A DNA stretch of 64,000 bases from Geosiphon pyriformis uo1 (lineage: Eukaryota > Fungi > Glomeromycota): contig JAAOMT010000503.1 in NCBI GenBank assembly GCA_016748015.1, positions 666,534-730,533 of the forward strand, given 5' to 3'. Positions 11,024-21,829 of the stretch are shown piece by piece (position 1 is the first letter of the stretch; every line of letters begins with the position of its first letter). The position numbers were made by a program, and so were the translations under genes. The notes under the pieces were generated by a model. The model was not told the origin of the DNA and did no database searches. It worked only from the letters and a program-made list of their open reading frames with translations.

Positions 11024-13108
11024 TTAGTTAGGTATTTCAATTTTCACGTCAATTTGGGCCTCGCGTGCAAGTTTAACGATCTGCGATATTTGAACGGATT
11101 TTTTTGCCGCATCATCCAGATCGTCACATGAAATTATACGAAGTCCAGATTCTTGAATAAGCCTTTTTGCAGCTGTAACCTCAGTACCTAAAAAAAATAT
11201 GTCTTTAAGGATAGATCTAGTTTTGGTGATAAAAATTTTACTTGCCATACCTTGTAATCGTACAATCACAGGCAAGTTTAAATTTAGTTCGGACGTAGCT
11301 TGAATTACCCCTTTGGCGATTATATCACAGCGCATAATACCACCAAAAATGTTTACTAATATTGCTGTCACGTGTGGATCCGATGATATGATTTTAAAAG
11401 CTTCAGTGACTTGTTCGGCAGTAGCACCACCACCAACGTCCAAAAAATTAGCGGGTTCTCCGCCATGAAGTTTGATAATATCCATAGTCGACATGGCTAA
11501 TCCGGCACCGTTAACTGTAAAAACCAGTTGAAACGAATAATAATAATAAATACCAAGTTAAAAAAGACTCATTCCGCGACCAAACTCACCTAGGCATCCG
11601 ATTTGACCTTCTAAACCAATATAATTTAAGTTATACTTTGCCGCCTCAACTTCACGGGGGTCTTCTTGAGAAGTGTCTCTCAATGCAAATATGTCCTTCT
11701 GGCGAAAATACGCATTATCATCGAAATTAATTTTCGCATCCATGGCAAGAACTAAATGAAGGCATCCACAAAAATTTGAGAATCGAATTGTAAAATACGA
11801 AGCTAACGGTATCTGCCGAACATCATATCTTTACCTTCATTTTCTACAGATTCAGCAAGAGGGTTGATTTCCACTTGAGTAGCATCTTTTTCTATAAACA
11901 GTTTATAGAGCTTGAGAAACAAATCAGCTGCCTATATGAGAGTTATGTGACTATTTGCGTTAGTTAGAAAAAACATAAATGAAGTACATATCATGTTTCA
12001 AGGTCTTTCAAATAGCTATTCATATTGAACTCTAAGCGATATTTAAAATAAAAGCTTTCCCAGATTACTTACATCGTCAGTAACTCTTGGAGAAAGACCT
12101 AATTTATCAGCCAATGCCTTTGCATCCTCTACGGTTAAACCGATATCGATGTCAATTGGTAATTTAATAATAGCATCCGGATCCTCAGCGGCCACAGTTT
12201 CAATGTCAACACCACCTTGAGACGAGGCCACTATAACAGGCCCTTGAGACGTTCTATCTTGTAAAATAGCAAAATAATACTCGTGACGAAGGAACTTGCG
12301 CTCAGCGATAAAAACCTGGTAATTAAATCGAATATCAAAGAAATAGTGGTGAGTAATTTAATTCAAAGATAAAATTAAATGCAAATCTGAAATTCGCATT
12401 ACCGCATTACAAATTTTCCCCGCAGGACCAGTTTGCTTGGTTATAAGTTTATATCCTAGCATTTGTTCTGCAAATTTCTTTGATTCGGCGGGTCTGAAGG
12501 TTATATTGAATCAATATATATCCTAAGCATCAAACCCTGACTAGGAAATATATAAATATTCTTACGAAGAGACCGTTTTGACACCACCCTTGAGGCCACT
12601 GTCGAATACACCTTTGCCACGTCCCCCAGCAAGAACTTGGGCCTTGATAACAGCGTCTTCTTTACCTAATACCGGTCATAGCATTCCAAAATTTTTGATC
12701 AAAAACACCATCGATTGGCCGGTTGGTTCAAAGAACTAGATATTCCAATGCTAGCAAGTCATGACTTTTTTTGCAAAGATTAATTAAAATTTAGGAAAAT
12801 GAAAAGTTCTCTTCCACTCACCAAGTTTTTGTGTAACTTCATAAGCTTCTTGGGGTGTCCTAGCAACACTTCCTTTAGGTATGTTTACGCCATACCTTTT
12901 CAGTAAATCCATGGAGAGATATTCGTGAATCGCCAGAAATCGTTTTTGTTGCCCCTTACGGAGCTGATGTTAGTTTCGTGCAAAAAAAAAGTTTTCTCAA
13001 TAAATTCTCATTAGGTAAATAAACGGTAAATCGACAGATAATTAAAGAGAGTAATACCATTGAGACTCGGCTCACATTTATTTTATTGAGTCTTAAAGAG
13101 CGAAACAT
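11024..13108 (-). CDS. LSC2: Succinyl-CoA ligase beta subunit, mitochondrial; 9 exons: 13108-13076, 12963-12822, 12665-12566, 12493-12403, 12315-12073, 11931-11835, 11751-11590, 11514-11251, 11187-11024
   Basis: [93 protein letters not shown]; all introns GT-AG and in frame. Confidence 0.95.
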
Positions 13109-13659
13109 ATTTATTAGTCGAGACTCGAGAAATGAGAATGTGGACAATCACTAATCAGCCGAAATTTTGGACATTGAAAATATTTGACCAATGATTGTTT
13201 AATTAATTTGGTAATTAACTTTTAATGATATTAAATAATGATAATATTAATAATAATAATAATAATAATATCAAAGCCATTTTTTAGAATTATAAATTTT
13301 TAAGTTTGAGCTTTAATTATATGTTCTTGAGTTTTTATAATTATAAATAAATAATTAATTAATTAATTAGATGTCAATTTTTTTTTAAATACATATTAAT
13401 ATTTATTTGTTTTTACCTTAAAAATTTATAAAAATATTTTCAATATTACAATATTACAATATTTAATTTGTAAATTTAAAATCATTGAAATTAGATATGA
13501 TAAAAATTAAAATTATTTTATATTTTTAATAAATAAATTAAAAAAACATAGGTTTAATTATTTTGTTAAAATATTAAATAAAATTATATGTTACATTTAT
13601 ATACAATTTATAAATAATTAAATTTTTTTATGCTTATTTAATTTTGTTATAAATACTTA

Positions 13660-13698
<39 letters not shown>
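13660..13698. repeat. (AAT)n microsatellite in AT-rich intergenic DNA (shorter one near 13246-13270)
   Basis: Direct tandem AAT run. Confidence 0.85.
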
Positions 13699-13701
<3 letters not shown>

Positions 13702-14469
13702 AAAATAAAAATGTCATATACAAAATTAAAAATAAAAAGAATAATTTTTATTAATAATATACATACGTATTTAATAAAGAATGCTATAGAAATTTCTTTA
13801 CCATTAATGATTTTTTCATGTTTATCGATTACAAATTAACTTTATCTTGACCACTCTTTTATAACCCAAACTCGCTAAACGACCTGTCGATGATTTAAAT
13901 TACATAGTGTTCTTTTTAAAAAATAACAATATGGCTTTATAAACAAAACAAATCACCGGTTAAATTGGGTAATTTCACTTCAGATGTATAAAATTTCTAC
14001 AAACGAGTATATTTAAGTGAATTATAAATCAAAAAATTAACGGGGTATCGAAATATTAATCTGCCTCTAATTTTAGGGAAAGATGAATCTTTTATGAAAA
14101 TTTCAAATTAATTTATTCCCCTGCAATGGGAAATATCCCATTCAGCTTTGTAATAAGGATAATCAGACCTTATGTGATTTTTTCCCATTGTAATTTTTTG
14201 GATGACCGCAAAGAGGGCGGGAAACGGGAAATCTATTTGGTCACGGCCCGAAATTTTTTATAACACACATTGTCGATCCACCCGTCAACTTATTATAAAA
14301 AATTTTAAATTTTCCTTTGGCTGTGTGCTCCACCTTTAATTACTGAAAATAAAAATCTTAAAAATTTTTGGCTTTTTTATTTAATTCCATTGTCAAGCAT
14401 TTCGCGTATGATGCAGTTTTTTTGATCGTTTTCACATTTGAAAAATATCTTAGTAAATTGATATCAGTT

Positions 14470-16384
14470 ATGGTGGCGGAAGTAAAGTCTAAGCAGGTTT
14501 ATAATGAACCCTAATTTTTTTTGAATTCTTTTTTATTAAAAGCCATCACTATAGTAAACCTTTTTTTATCAACCCATTTTTTCCATGATTGCTTATTGAA
14601 GGTCGACAATGTTTCATCATTGTCAGAGACAAAGTCCCTGACTAGTCAAGCTTACTCCATAAAGACTACAACCACAATCACTGCCACCATCAAAACCACT
14701 GCTAAAGGTTTTACTAACGACGATCTGACTGCCCTCTCAAAGTCTCTTAACCAACGTCACATCAACTTTAAACCCCGTGGATCACATTTTGACCGTGAGA
14801 CCATGGATCAAGAGCAGTCAACCTTTCGGGGTTTTTTTACTTTATTTTGGATCGCTATGGGTTTTTATATTATTCAGACAGTGGTCCACAATTTAGAAAG
14901 CGCCGGCACCCTTTTCGATTTGTCATTTGCAAAACTTTTTTCGTCTGATGCTATTGTACTGATTTTGAGCGACGCTTGTATGGTTGGTGCTACATTTTTT
15001 GATGTTTTATTACAAAAAGTGGTTGCACGCGGCTGGATAAAATGGAGATACACCGGAATGATTCTTCAGCATGTGTTTCAGATTTCTTTTCTTTTCATAT
15101 CCGTATGTTGGACTTTTTACAGGTAAGATTATCATATCGTGAATTCAAACCAAAGAGTTGAAATTTATTCAATCATAGAAATTAACTTTCACGCTTTTCA
15201 TTTAGAGGATGGCCTTGGGTACAATCTGGGTTCTTTGTACTGCATACTATTTCCATGTTGATGAAAATTCATTCATACGCCTTTTATAATGGTGATCTAT
15301 CTTCATTGGCACTTCGTGTTTCAAACCTAAAGGAAGAATACAACCAAATTATAGGTAGAAATAAAAAGTCAGATAGTGAACCGACCTCAATCGGCAATGA
15401 CGATTCAAAAAAAAGTGCAGAGGTGACGCGAAACGTCGCAGATTTGCGCCAGGAGATTCAAGACATTGAAAACTGTTTAATAAGTACATCTGGGAAAATA
15501 TCTTATCCCGATAATCTCAGCTTTACAAAATTTGCCGACTATTTATTCATTCCGACATTAGTTTACGAATTCGAATACCCAAGGACAACAAAGTACTTTA
15601 TGGTTTCTTTATTATTTACATCAAATTAATTACTACAAAGTCTTTACCTTAATACTTTTGTTTATCCAAAAATAGAATTCGCCCATGGTACGTTTTTGAA
15701 AAGGCACTGGCAACTTTGGGCACCTTCTTCCTTCTTTATGTTAATACAGAAACCTACATTATTCCGGTGATTCCGCGTGCGACCGAATCTTTCGCAAAAG
15801 CATTTTTTCAAATGTCCCTTCCGTTTATGGTCAATTATTTGCTTATTTTCTACATTATTTTCGAGTGTATCTGTAACTTATTTGCTGAGCTAAGTTGGTA
15901 AGTAATTTATTTTCAACATTTTTAATGTATTGCTAAAATTAAATCATAATCTTGATTCAATCTTGTTCAACTATGTTTGTCTTCTAGCTTCGCTGATCGT
16001 AATTTTTACGACGATTGGTGGAACAGCGCGACTTTTGATGAATACGCACGAAAATGGAACAAACCCGTACATCATTTCCTGCTCCGACATGTTTACCAGT
16101 CCTCAATTCAATCCTATAAACTGTCCAAACGTGACGCAAGTTTCATGACCTTTTTCTTATCATCGCTAGTTCACGAGCTTGTTATGATCGTGGTGGCAAG
16201 GAAGATTCGAATGTATTTGTTCTTTTTACAAATGCTTCAATTGCCGTTGATTTGGATAGGACAAATGCCTGCGATTAAGCAACGAAAATGGTTGGGAAAT
16301 GCTTTCTTTTGGTTTGGAATGTTTTCAGGGCCACCGCTTTTGGGTATCTTGTACTGTTGTGAAATCAATGTCCCTTTATATTAG
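14470..16384 (+). CDS. ARE2: Sterol O-acyltransferase (MBOAT, ARE1/ARE2 family); exons 14470-14496, 14602-15122, 15206-15592, 15676-15897, 15988-16384
   Basis: FRGFFTLFW, MLMKIHSYAFYNG, PTLVYEFEYPRT, FADRNFYDDWWNS, RKWNKPVHHFLLRHVY, catalytic His in SSLVHE; in-frame GT-AG joins; first 27-nt exon less certain. Confidence 0.9.
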
Positions 16385-16645
16385 AATGATCCTTACGATT
16401 TACCTTTTGAAAGATTGATTATTGCTTCTATTAATAATGACCTTTTTGGTTTATTCAGACTATATTTCATATAGATTACCATTGTAATTTTATCGTTGAT
16501 CGGTTTCTTGCATCTACCATTTTTATCGTTAATTCGTACGTATTCTCACCAAGCAACAAATTTGTATATATGTTGTAGTTTTTTATAAATTAATTGTTTT
16601 TTGGATGAAATTTTTACATAGACAACAAAATAGAAATAAAATAAT

Positions 16646-19600
16646 CTATGTGTATCGGGTAAAATCTATCAAAGATTCAAATCTAAGCATACTGCTTTGA
16701 GTCTGATTTTGTTCTTCATTCTTATTATTTGATTGTTTTTCCCCTGGAGCAAAAGCAGAAGTCCCGAGACTAGTAGGGACTGATGTAACACTGGTCATTC
16801 CAGATCCAGACATGTTGGGAATACTGGAAGCAGTATTACTGTTTGGCGTAGTTCCAATGGAAGAGAATGGCCCAGGAGGCGTGTTCGAGGCTAAGACACG
16901 TTCTTTCAATCGTTTAATCTGTTTTAGACGCTCACGCCAATTAGATACGTATTCCAGCCCACGCGAATCACCACTTTGCAGAAAAACTTGCGCAAAAATG
17001 TTGGAATGCAATGCAATGTTTCTTACGAAGGCAGGCAAAGCAGCCAGCGAGATCATCTTAAATTCAGTGATTGGCCCCGTCTCTGGCATATCTTTTCTAC
17101 ATTGCATGACTACTTTAAAAAATATGTTGTGGTCTGAGTTATTCACTGGTTCTCTATTCTGAGAAAATTGCAATGATCTCGAAAGATCTGAGTGAGGAGA
17201 TATCACAATATTGATGAAATTGAATTGTGCTGGAACAGTATCAAATGCGTATTCTTGCCCAGAATCATTATAAACGATTCTCACAAAGTCATTGCCAATA
17301 TGCCTTTTTTTCCCATTGCATTGTGGATCCGTTTTCAAATTTGTAGGCATGAGTGTGGCACAATGAAATATCACCTGAATTATATCATCTTTCCAATAAT
17401 AAGCGTATTCACCGTCTAAATCCATCTGCGTGTCTAACCCACCAGTATAAATATCTTTGTTGTTTTTGAGTCGAAATAATTCACCCAAATTATTCAAGAA
17501 TTTGATGTATTCGGGCGATCCATGAATATTGGCCAATATTTCTGATTCCTTGGTTTGATTCTTTGCTACATAAAGTATACCCACTTTGTGAAAATCAACA
17601 ACGGCAGTACGATCTAGCACATCCAACGCTCTCCTCGTGGAATCATCATCTGGAAGAGGTTTTGGTCCATCCTTGGAGATTATGTCAGGATAAGGGGAAA
17701 GTTGTAAAAATAAGAAGCTTGGATCGACATGAGGATCATCTTTTCGGTAAACAAGTTTCTCTGACGATGTAACTGGATCTACGAGAATCTCATCCAATAT
17801 ATGCCGCTTTTGTTCAGAAAATACAAAAGATTTTTCATCTATAGCGTCCAATGAAACGGATTCTTCAGAAGACAAGCCCGTCATTTTACTATTAATGGAC
17901 AGTGAATCCTCTTTGTCCATAGTTGTTAAATGAATAGTATCTTTTTCGTCAGTAACTAAATTATTAATTAATGATCCTTTTTCATTCATTGAATCATCAG
18001 TATTTGAAATTTTAATAATATCCTGAGAATCAGGGTCATAATGCGCCATCAACATGGCGGGGAGAGTTACAAAGTCTTTATCATCAAATTTGCTTCGATT
18101 TTCAAGCTTACAAAGAAGTCCTATTGTACCCGATGGACGACGGATAATAATCTCAGCCCACCCAAGTGATTTAAACGTACGCATTGTGAGAAACTCGTTT
18201 CCTTGTACCCAAGTACGTGACATGACCTTATCTTTACCTCGTTCCAATAAAACTTCGTTGATGAATGAATTTTCTGGTTTAGGATCACAGTTTGCATATG
18301 AATATCGAGCAAGCATGTCAAAACATGTCTCTGTTTGCTCATCTACTTGCTGTGAACCTTCATTTGCGAGCAAAAGATTACGAATAATGTATGGAACATA
18401 TTTACGACGTTCCGGTAACCTGATCGAAGTGAACCATACGTATATCACGTGATACGCCATAATTCGTTCATATTGTACCAAAGCATTAATACTTTGGCGG
18501 TTCGAGGAGCCGCCAACCTGACTACTTGAAGAAGTAAAAGTATTTCCTGTTGCAGATCCAAGGGAATTAATAGGAGCAGCAGAAAGAGCTTTACTGTATT
18601 GTATATATTGCATAGCAATTCCAAATACACGTTTAAAATCGGCTTCAGTAAAGTTGACGTACAAATCTGGGAGACGCGCCAGTGAACACAAAAATTCTAA
18701 AATGTGTACACTAATTGTAGCAGTTGTTATAATCTGTGATAACTTGGCAAGGGTATCTGCTAGCCATTTCGTCATTGAAAGAGGCAACTCATAGCAACAT
18801 ACATTCAAAGCATGAATGCACGATTTTGCGGCAAGTGGCCATTTTTGCAACCCCAAATGAAACGCTAAAACAAGCTCGTCTCTTTCTGTCTTTTTAAATA
18901 TATTACAATAGCTTATCAGAACTGTCAAAGTTTGATAGGCTACAACATAAATATCCACTTTTTTGATATCTGAAGGATGAAGAACACTTTCGGCCAGGCG
19001 ACTGTTCAAGATCCTATCACAAAGAGTTTGCCTTAGTTCCAAGATTTCACTATTTGCACCGCAGAATAAATGTTTGTCACTTAATTGTAGGGGTAGATGA
19101 CAAAGGATATAAGAATAAACTTCCCAATTGTTCTCATTCGAAAGAATGTCAATCAATACATTTAAATACATTGGGATTGAGAGGAGTATTGGATCCGATT
19201 TTTGATAATCAAAAGTAGTCGAGCCCAATTCTGATGTATCATTATCATGTAGTGTTGCTCTGACTTGAACCTCTTCCAATTGAGATTTGTGTTGAAAAGA
19301 AACAACATAAGGGGTTGGACGGGAAGCTGTGATACGAAAACGAATATCCTCGGGAATCTGCCATAAAGGAGGTAAAATTGCTGCAAGTTCTTCATCTAAG
19401 CTTTTATTCCGATTATGAGATGAAGTTGTCGATTTGTTACTATCTTTACGATCGCTACCAGTTTGAGAAACCTGTAAATCTTGTGGTGAAGCAGCTTTTC
19501 GATCTAAGATTACTGAAGCCAAATCTTTTATGCTAGATTTCTTTGCAAGTCGACGTTGTCCACTCGGTTTTGCTTGAACTTTCTCATTCACTGAACTAAC

Positions 19601-21775
19601 ATTACTGGCCATCGGGATTTTTTCGAATCCAGACTTATCTTCATCTCCTAGAAAGAAATTATCCCGATGAAAGACATGTGCACCATTCACATTACCCAAA
19701 TTCTCAACAAAATAGACCCTATGATTATGATCAACACGCATTCTGAGCATTAATTGCAGTATCATAAGGCGAGATGTTATGGGAGTGGAAAAGTCGGCAA
19801 GGATATTCATTAATTGTGTATAAACTTCAATTATTTGTGTCGATGAATTGATTCCGAAAAGTGTATGCTGAAAAACATCAATCAGGCCAATCGTGGCCGA
19901 TAATGATTTACAGTCACTTAAATGAGTATGTCGTTGGCCGAGGTGTGAAAAGCATTTACAGGAAGAAACACACTTCAACAGGATTTGTAACAATAATATA
20001 AACCATCGATCTGAAACTTCCTTGAGAACTTCTATAAGGAATCTCATGGCACTGGTTGATAGATCTATATCAGTTTCCTGTGGCAATGTAGAAAACATCG
20101 GTATTATGGCTGCTTCTATCACTTGATCCTGATAAAAATCTTTGGTCGCTTGATAAACTTCCACGACTAAGGAAAGAGCCCTTGATCTTACTGTGAAGGC
20201 TATCTTAGAGTTATTGTAAAAGGAAGAGGTAATATAAGGGAGCATAACAAGCCAGTCAGGTGAAGAAGGATAAAGGAGATGTTCTGTGTTATAATAGTCA
20301 AGAAGCATCAATATAGTGTTTTCAGATACAAAATCACGAATATTTTGTATAAGTAACATAAAGCGGGAGATCGGTCCTTCAAAAGAGCCTGCGAGATATA
20401 AAGTTTGTATTTGAAATATTAATTTGCTAAAAGCTGATATCACTAAAGCGCTTTTTTCCCCATCAATAATTTGATCCGAAGTGGCTAACATAATATACGT
20501 CTCATTCGCTGGTGCAGCCCTTTCTAAAACATGATGCTTTGTATTGTCCAAGATTTCAAGAAGAATTTCCCATTCAAGAAAACTAATATTTTTTTCATAT
20601 TTCGTTATCAACTCGCAGATTTGGTTCAAGATTTCACAGTCTAATTCCTCCAAATTATAGGTTGTTGCCTTTCTCATTGCCGAAAGGATGGTAATATAAC
20701 TCTGTGAGAAAGTGTCAACTTCTTCCTTTCCCCATAAAGAATAACCAAGAAACAATACAGAGCCACGTAGTAGTTTAAGAAAACCAGCATTTTCGGAATT
20801 TTCCAGATTAGAGCATAGTATCCTTATTCCGCTGAATGCACAATGACTTAGCAATAAATTGCGCATGATATGCCAAGTTTTTTGCGATACAGATTCAATA
20901 TTCATGATATTGCAGAGAATTTCAATGTAAATATTGAGTGAAGAATTCGGAACATATCCATATCGAACCAATACATCACAAAAACTCAGGCAATATTCAA
21001 TATCGGTTAAGTCGGCTGAAGGATGGTTGCATACATTTGCGATATCACCAACAAGACGGGATATATCATGCTCTTCGAATTGAACGAAATTAAATTTTAA
21101 AATATTAGTTAGCAAGCTAATAATAGACTGCAATTTTGAAAGTTTGGAGAATTCCGTCTCGATCTCAGATATAGCGGATAGTGAGGGATTATTATTGATT
21201 GATTTAGGTGCACCATAGGATAAAGATCCTTTTTTATCGTTCATCTCATGTATGTTCTGATTAATCCAGCCTGAGAGAAGTTTGCTAATGTTCTTTTCGA
21301 AAGATGAGATATCTCGGCCATCCCTAGAAAGCATTCTGAGTGCCTTAAATCTAATTCCAAAATCCTCTAGTATATCGTGGTTTTTAATGGTGTCGTAAAA
21401 AATTCCCCGCAGAAACCCCAGTTCATTATATTGTCCTTGAATACACGATATCATGAATTGAAATGCAACATTTCGTGCCTCTTGAGGCATATCCTGGTGG
21501 AGAAGATCTCTGATAGACACCCAAACTTCAATTACGTTTGAGAAAGTGTATTTCGTGACCACCTCGCATAGTTGTTTTACGAGTTTTATACGCGTTGTAA
21601 GGGGGTAAGGACTTTTTAACTTAATAAGTAATTTCGCGTCAATAGGTCCATTTAAAGAGATTTCGGCAAGATCAAAGCTTTCTTCCAAAGAAATATCCTC
21701 AGTATAATTCTTATTTATCCCAAACACATTGAACAACATTCCGCGTTTTCCTTTATTATCTTGCTTCCCTGCCAT
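16646..21775 (-). CDS. TSC2: Tuberin (TSC2), Rheb GTPase-activating protein, intronless; start may be the ATG at 21775 or 21790
   Basis: ~1710-aa ORF; C-terminal Rap/Ran-GAP domain (DFHKVGILYV...YTGGLD...IFHCATLMP...KKRHIGNDFVRIVYNDSG...QFNFINIVISP); tuberin motifs SVHILEFLCSLARLP and WAEIIIRRPSG. Confidence 0.93.
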   Translation of the reverse strand: MAGKQDNKGKRGMLFNVFGINKNYTEDISLEESFDLAEISLNGPIDAKLLIKLKSPYPLTTRIKLVKQLCEVVTKYTFSNVIEVWVSIRDLLHQDMPQEARNVAFQFMISCIQGQYNELGFLRGIFYDTIKNHDILEDFGIRFKALRMLSRDGRDISSFEKNISKLLSGWINQNIHEMNDKKGSLSYGAPKSINNNPSLSAISEIETEFSKLSKLQSIISLLTNILKFNFVQFEEHDISRLVGDIANVCNHPSADLTDIEYCLSFCDVLVRYGYVPNSSLNIYIEILCNIMNIESVSQKTWHIMRNLLLSHCAFSGIRILCSNLENSENAGFLKLLRGSVLFLGYSLWGKEEVDTFSQSYITILSAMRKATTYNLEELDCEILNQICELITKYEKNISFLEWEILLEILDNTKHHVLERAAPANETYIMLATSDQIIDGEKSALVISAFSKLIFQIQTLYLAGSFEGPISRFMLLIQNIRDFVSENTILMLLDYYNTEHLLYPSSPDWLVMLPYITSSFYNNSKIAFTVRSRALSLVVEVYQATKDFYQDQVIEAAIIPMFSTLPQETDIDLSTSAMRFLIEVLKEVSDRWFILLLQILLKCVSSCKCFSHLGQRHTHLSDCKSLSATIGLIDVFQHTLFGINSSTQIIEVYTQLMNILADFSTPITSRLMILQLMLRMRVDHNHRVYFVENLGNVNGAHVFHRDNFFLGDEDKSGFEKIPMASNVSSVNEKVQAKPSGQRRLAKKSSIKDLASVILDRKAASPQDLQVSQTGSDRKDSNKSTTSSHNRNKSLDEELAAILPPLWQIPEDIRFRITASRPTPYVVSFQHKSQLEEVQVRATLHDNDTSELGSTTFDYQKSDPILLSIPMYLNVLIDILSNENNWEVYSYILCHLPLQLSDKHLFCGANSEILELRQTLCDRILNSRLAESVLHPSDIKKVDIYVVAYQTLTVLISYCNIFKKTERDELVLAFHLGLQKWPLAAKSCIHALNVCCYELPLSMTKWLADTLAKLSQIITTATISVHILEFLCSLARLPDLYVNFTEADFKRVFGIAMQYIQYSKALSAAPINSLGSATGNTFTSSSSQVGGSSNRQSINALVQYERIMAYHVIYVWFTSIRLPERRKYVPYIIRNLLLANEGSQQVDEQTETCFDMLARYSYANCDPKPENSFINEVLLERGKDKVMSRTWVQGNEFLTMRTFKSLGWAEIIIRRPSGTIGLLCKLENRSKFDDKDFVTLPAMLMAHYDPDSQDIIKISNTDDSMNEKGSLINNLVTDEKDTIHLTTMDKEDSLSINSKMTGLSSEESVSLDAIDEKSFVFSEQKRHILDEILVDPVTSSEKLVYRKDDPHVDPSFLFLQLSPYPDIISKDGPKPLPDDDSTRRALDVLDRTAVVDFHKVGILYVAKNQTKESEILANIHGSPEYIKFLNNLGELFRLKNNKDIYTGGLDTQMDLDGEYAYYWKDDIIQVIFHCATLMPTNLKTDPQCNGKKRHIGNDFVRIVYNDSGQEYAFDTVPAQFNFINIVISPHSDLSRSLQFSQNREPVNNSDHNIFFKVVMQCRKDMPETGPITEFKMISLAALPAFVRNIALHSNIFAQVFLQSGDSRGLEYVSNWRERLKQIKRLKERVLASNTPPGPFSSIGTTPNSNTASSIPNMSGSGMTSVTSVPTSLGTSAFAPGEKQSNNKNEEQNQTQSSMLRFESLIDFTRYT

Positions 21776-21829
21776 AGATAAGATGGTCATTAATTTTCCT
21801 GTGAATCTTTCCCAATGATTGTCAATCAC

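Noticed and set aside
2121-19395. Numerous antisense or alternate-frame ORFs overlapping the JmjC, LRR, NAA50, uL30m and TSC2 genes
   Set aside because: Shadow ORFs of real coding sequence with no independent support
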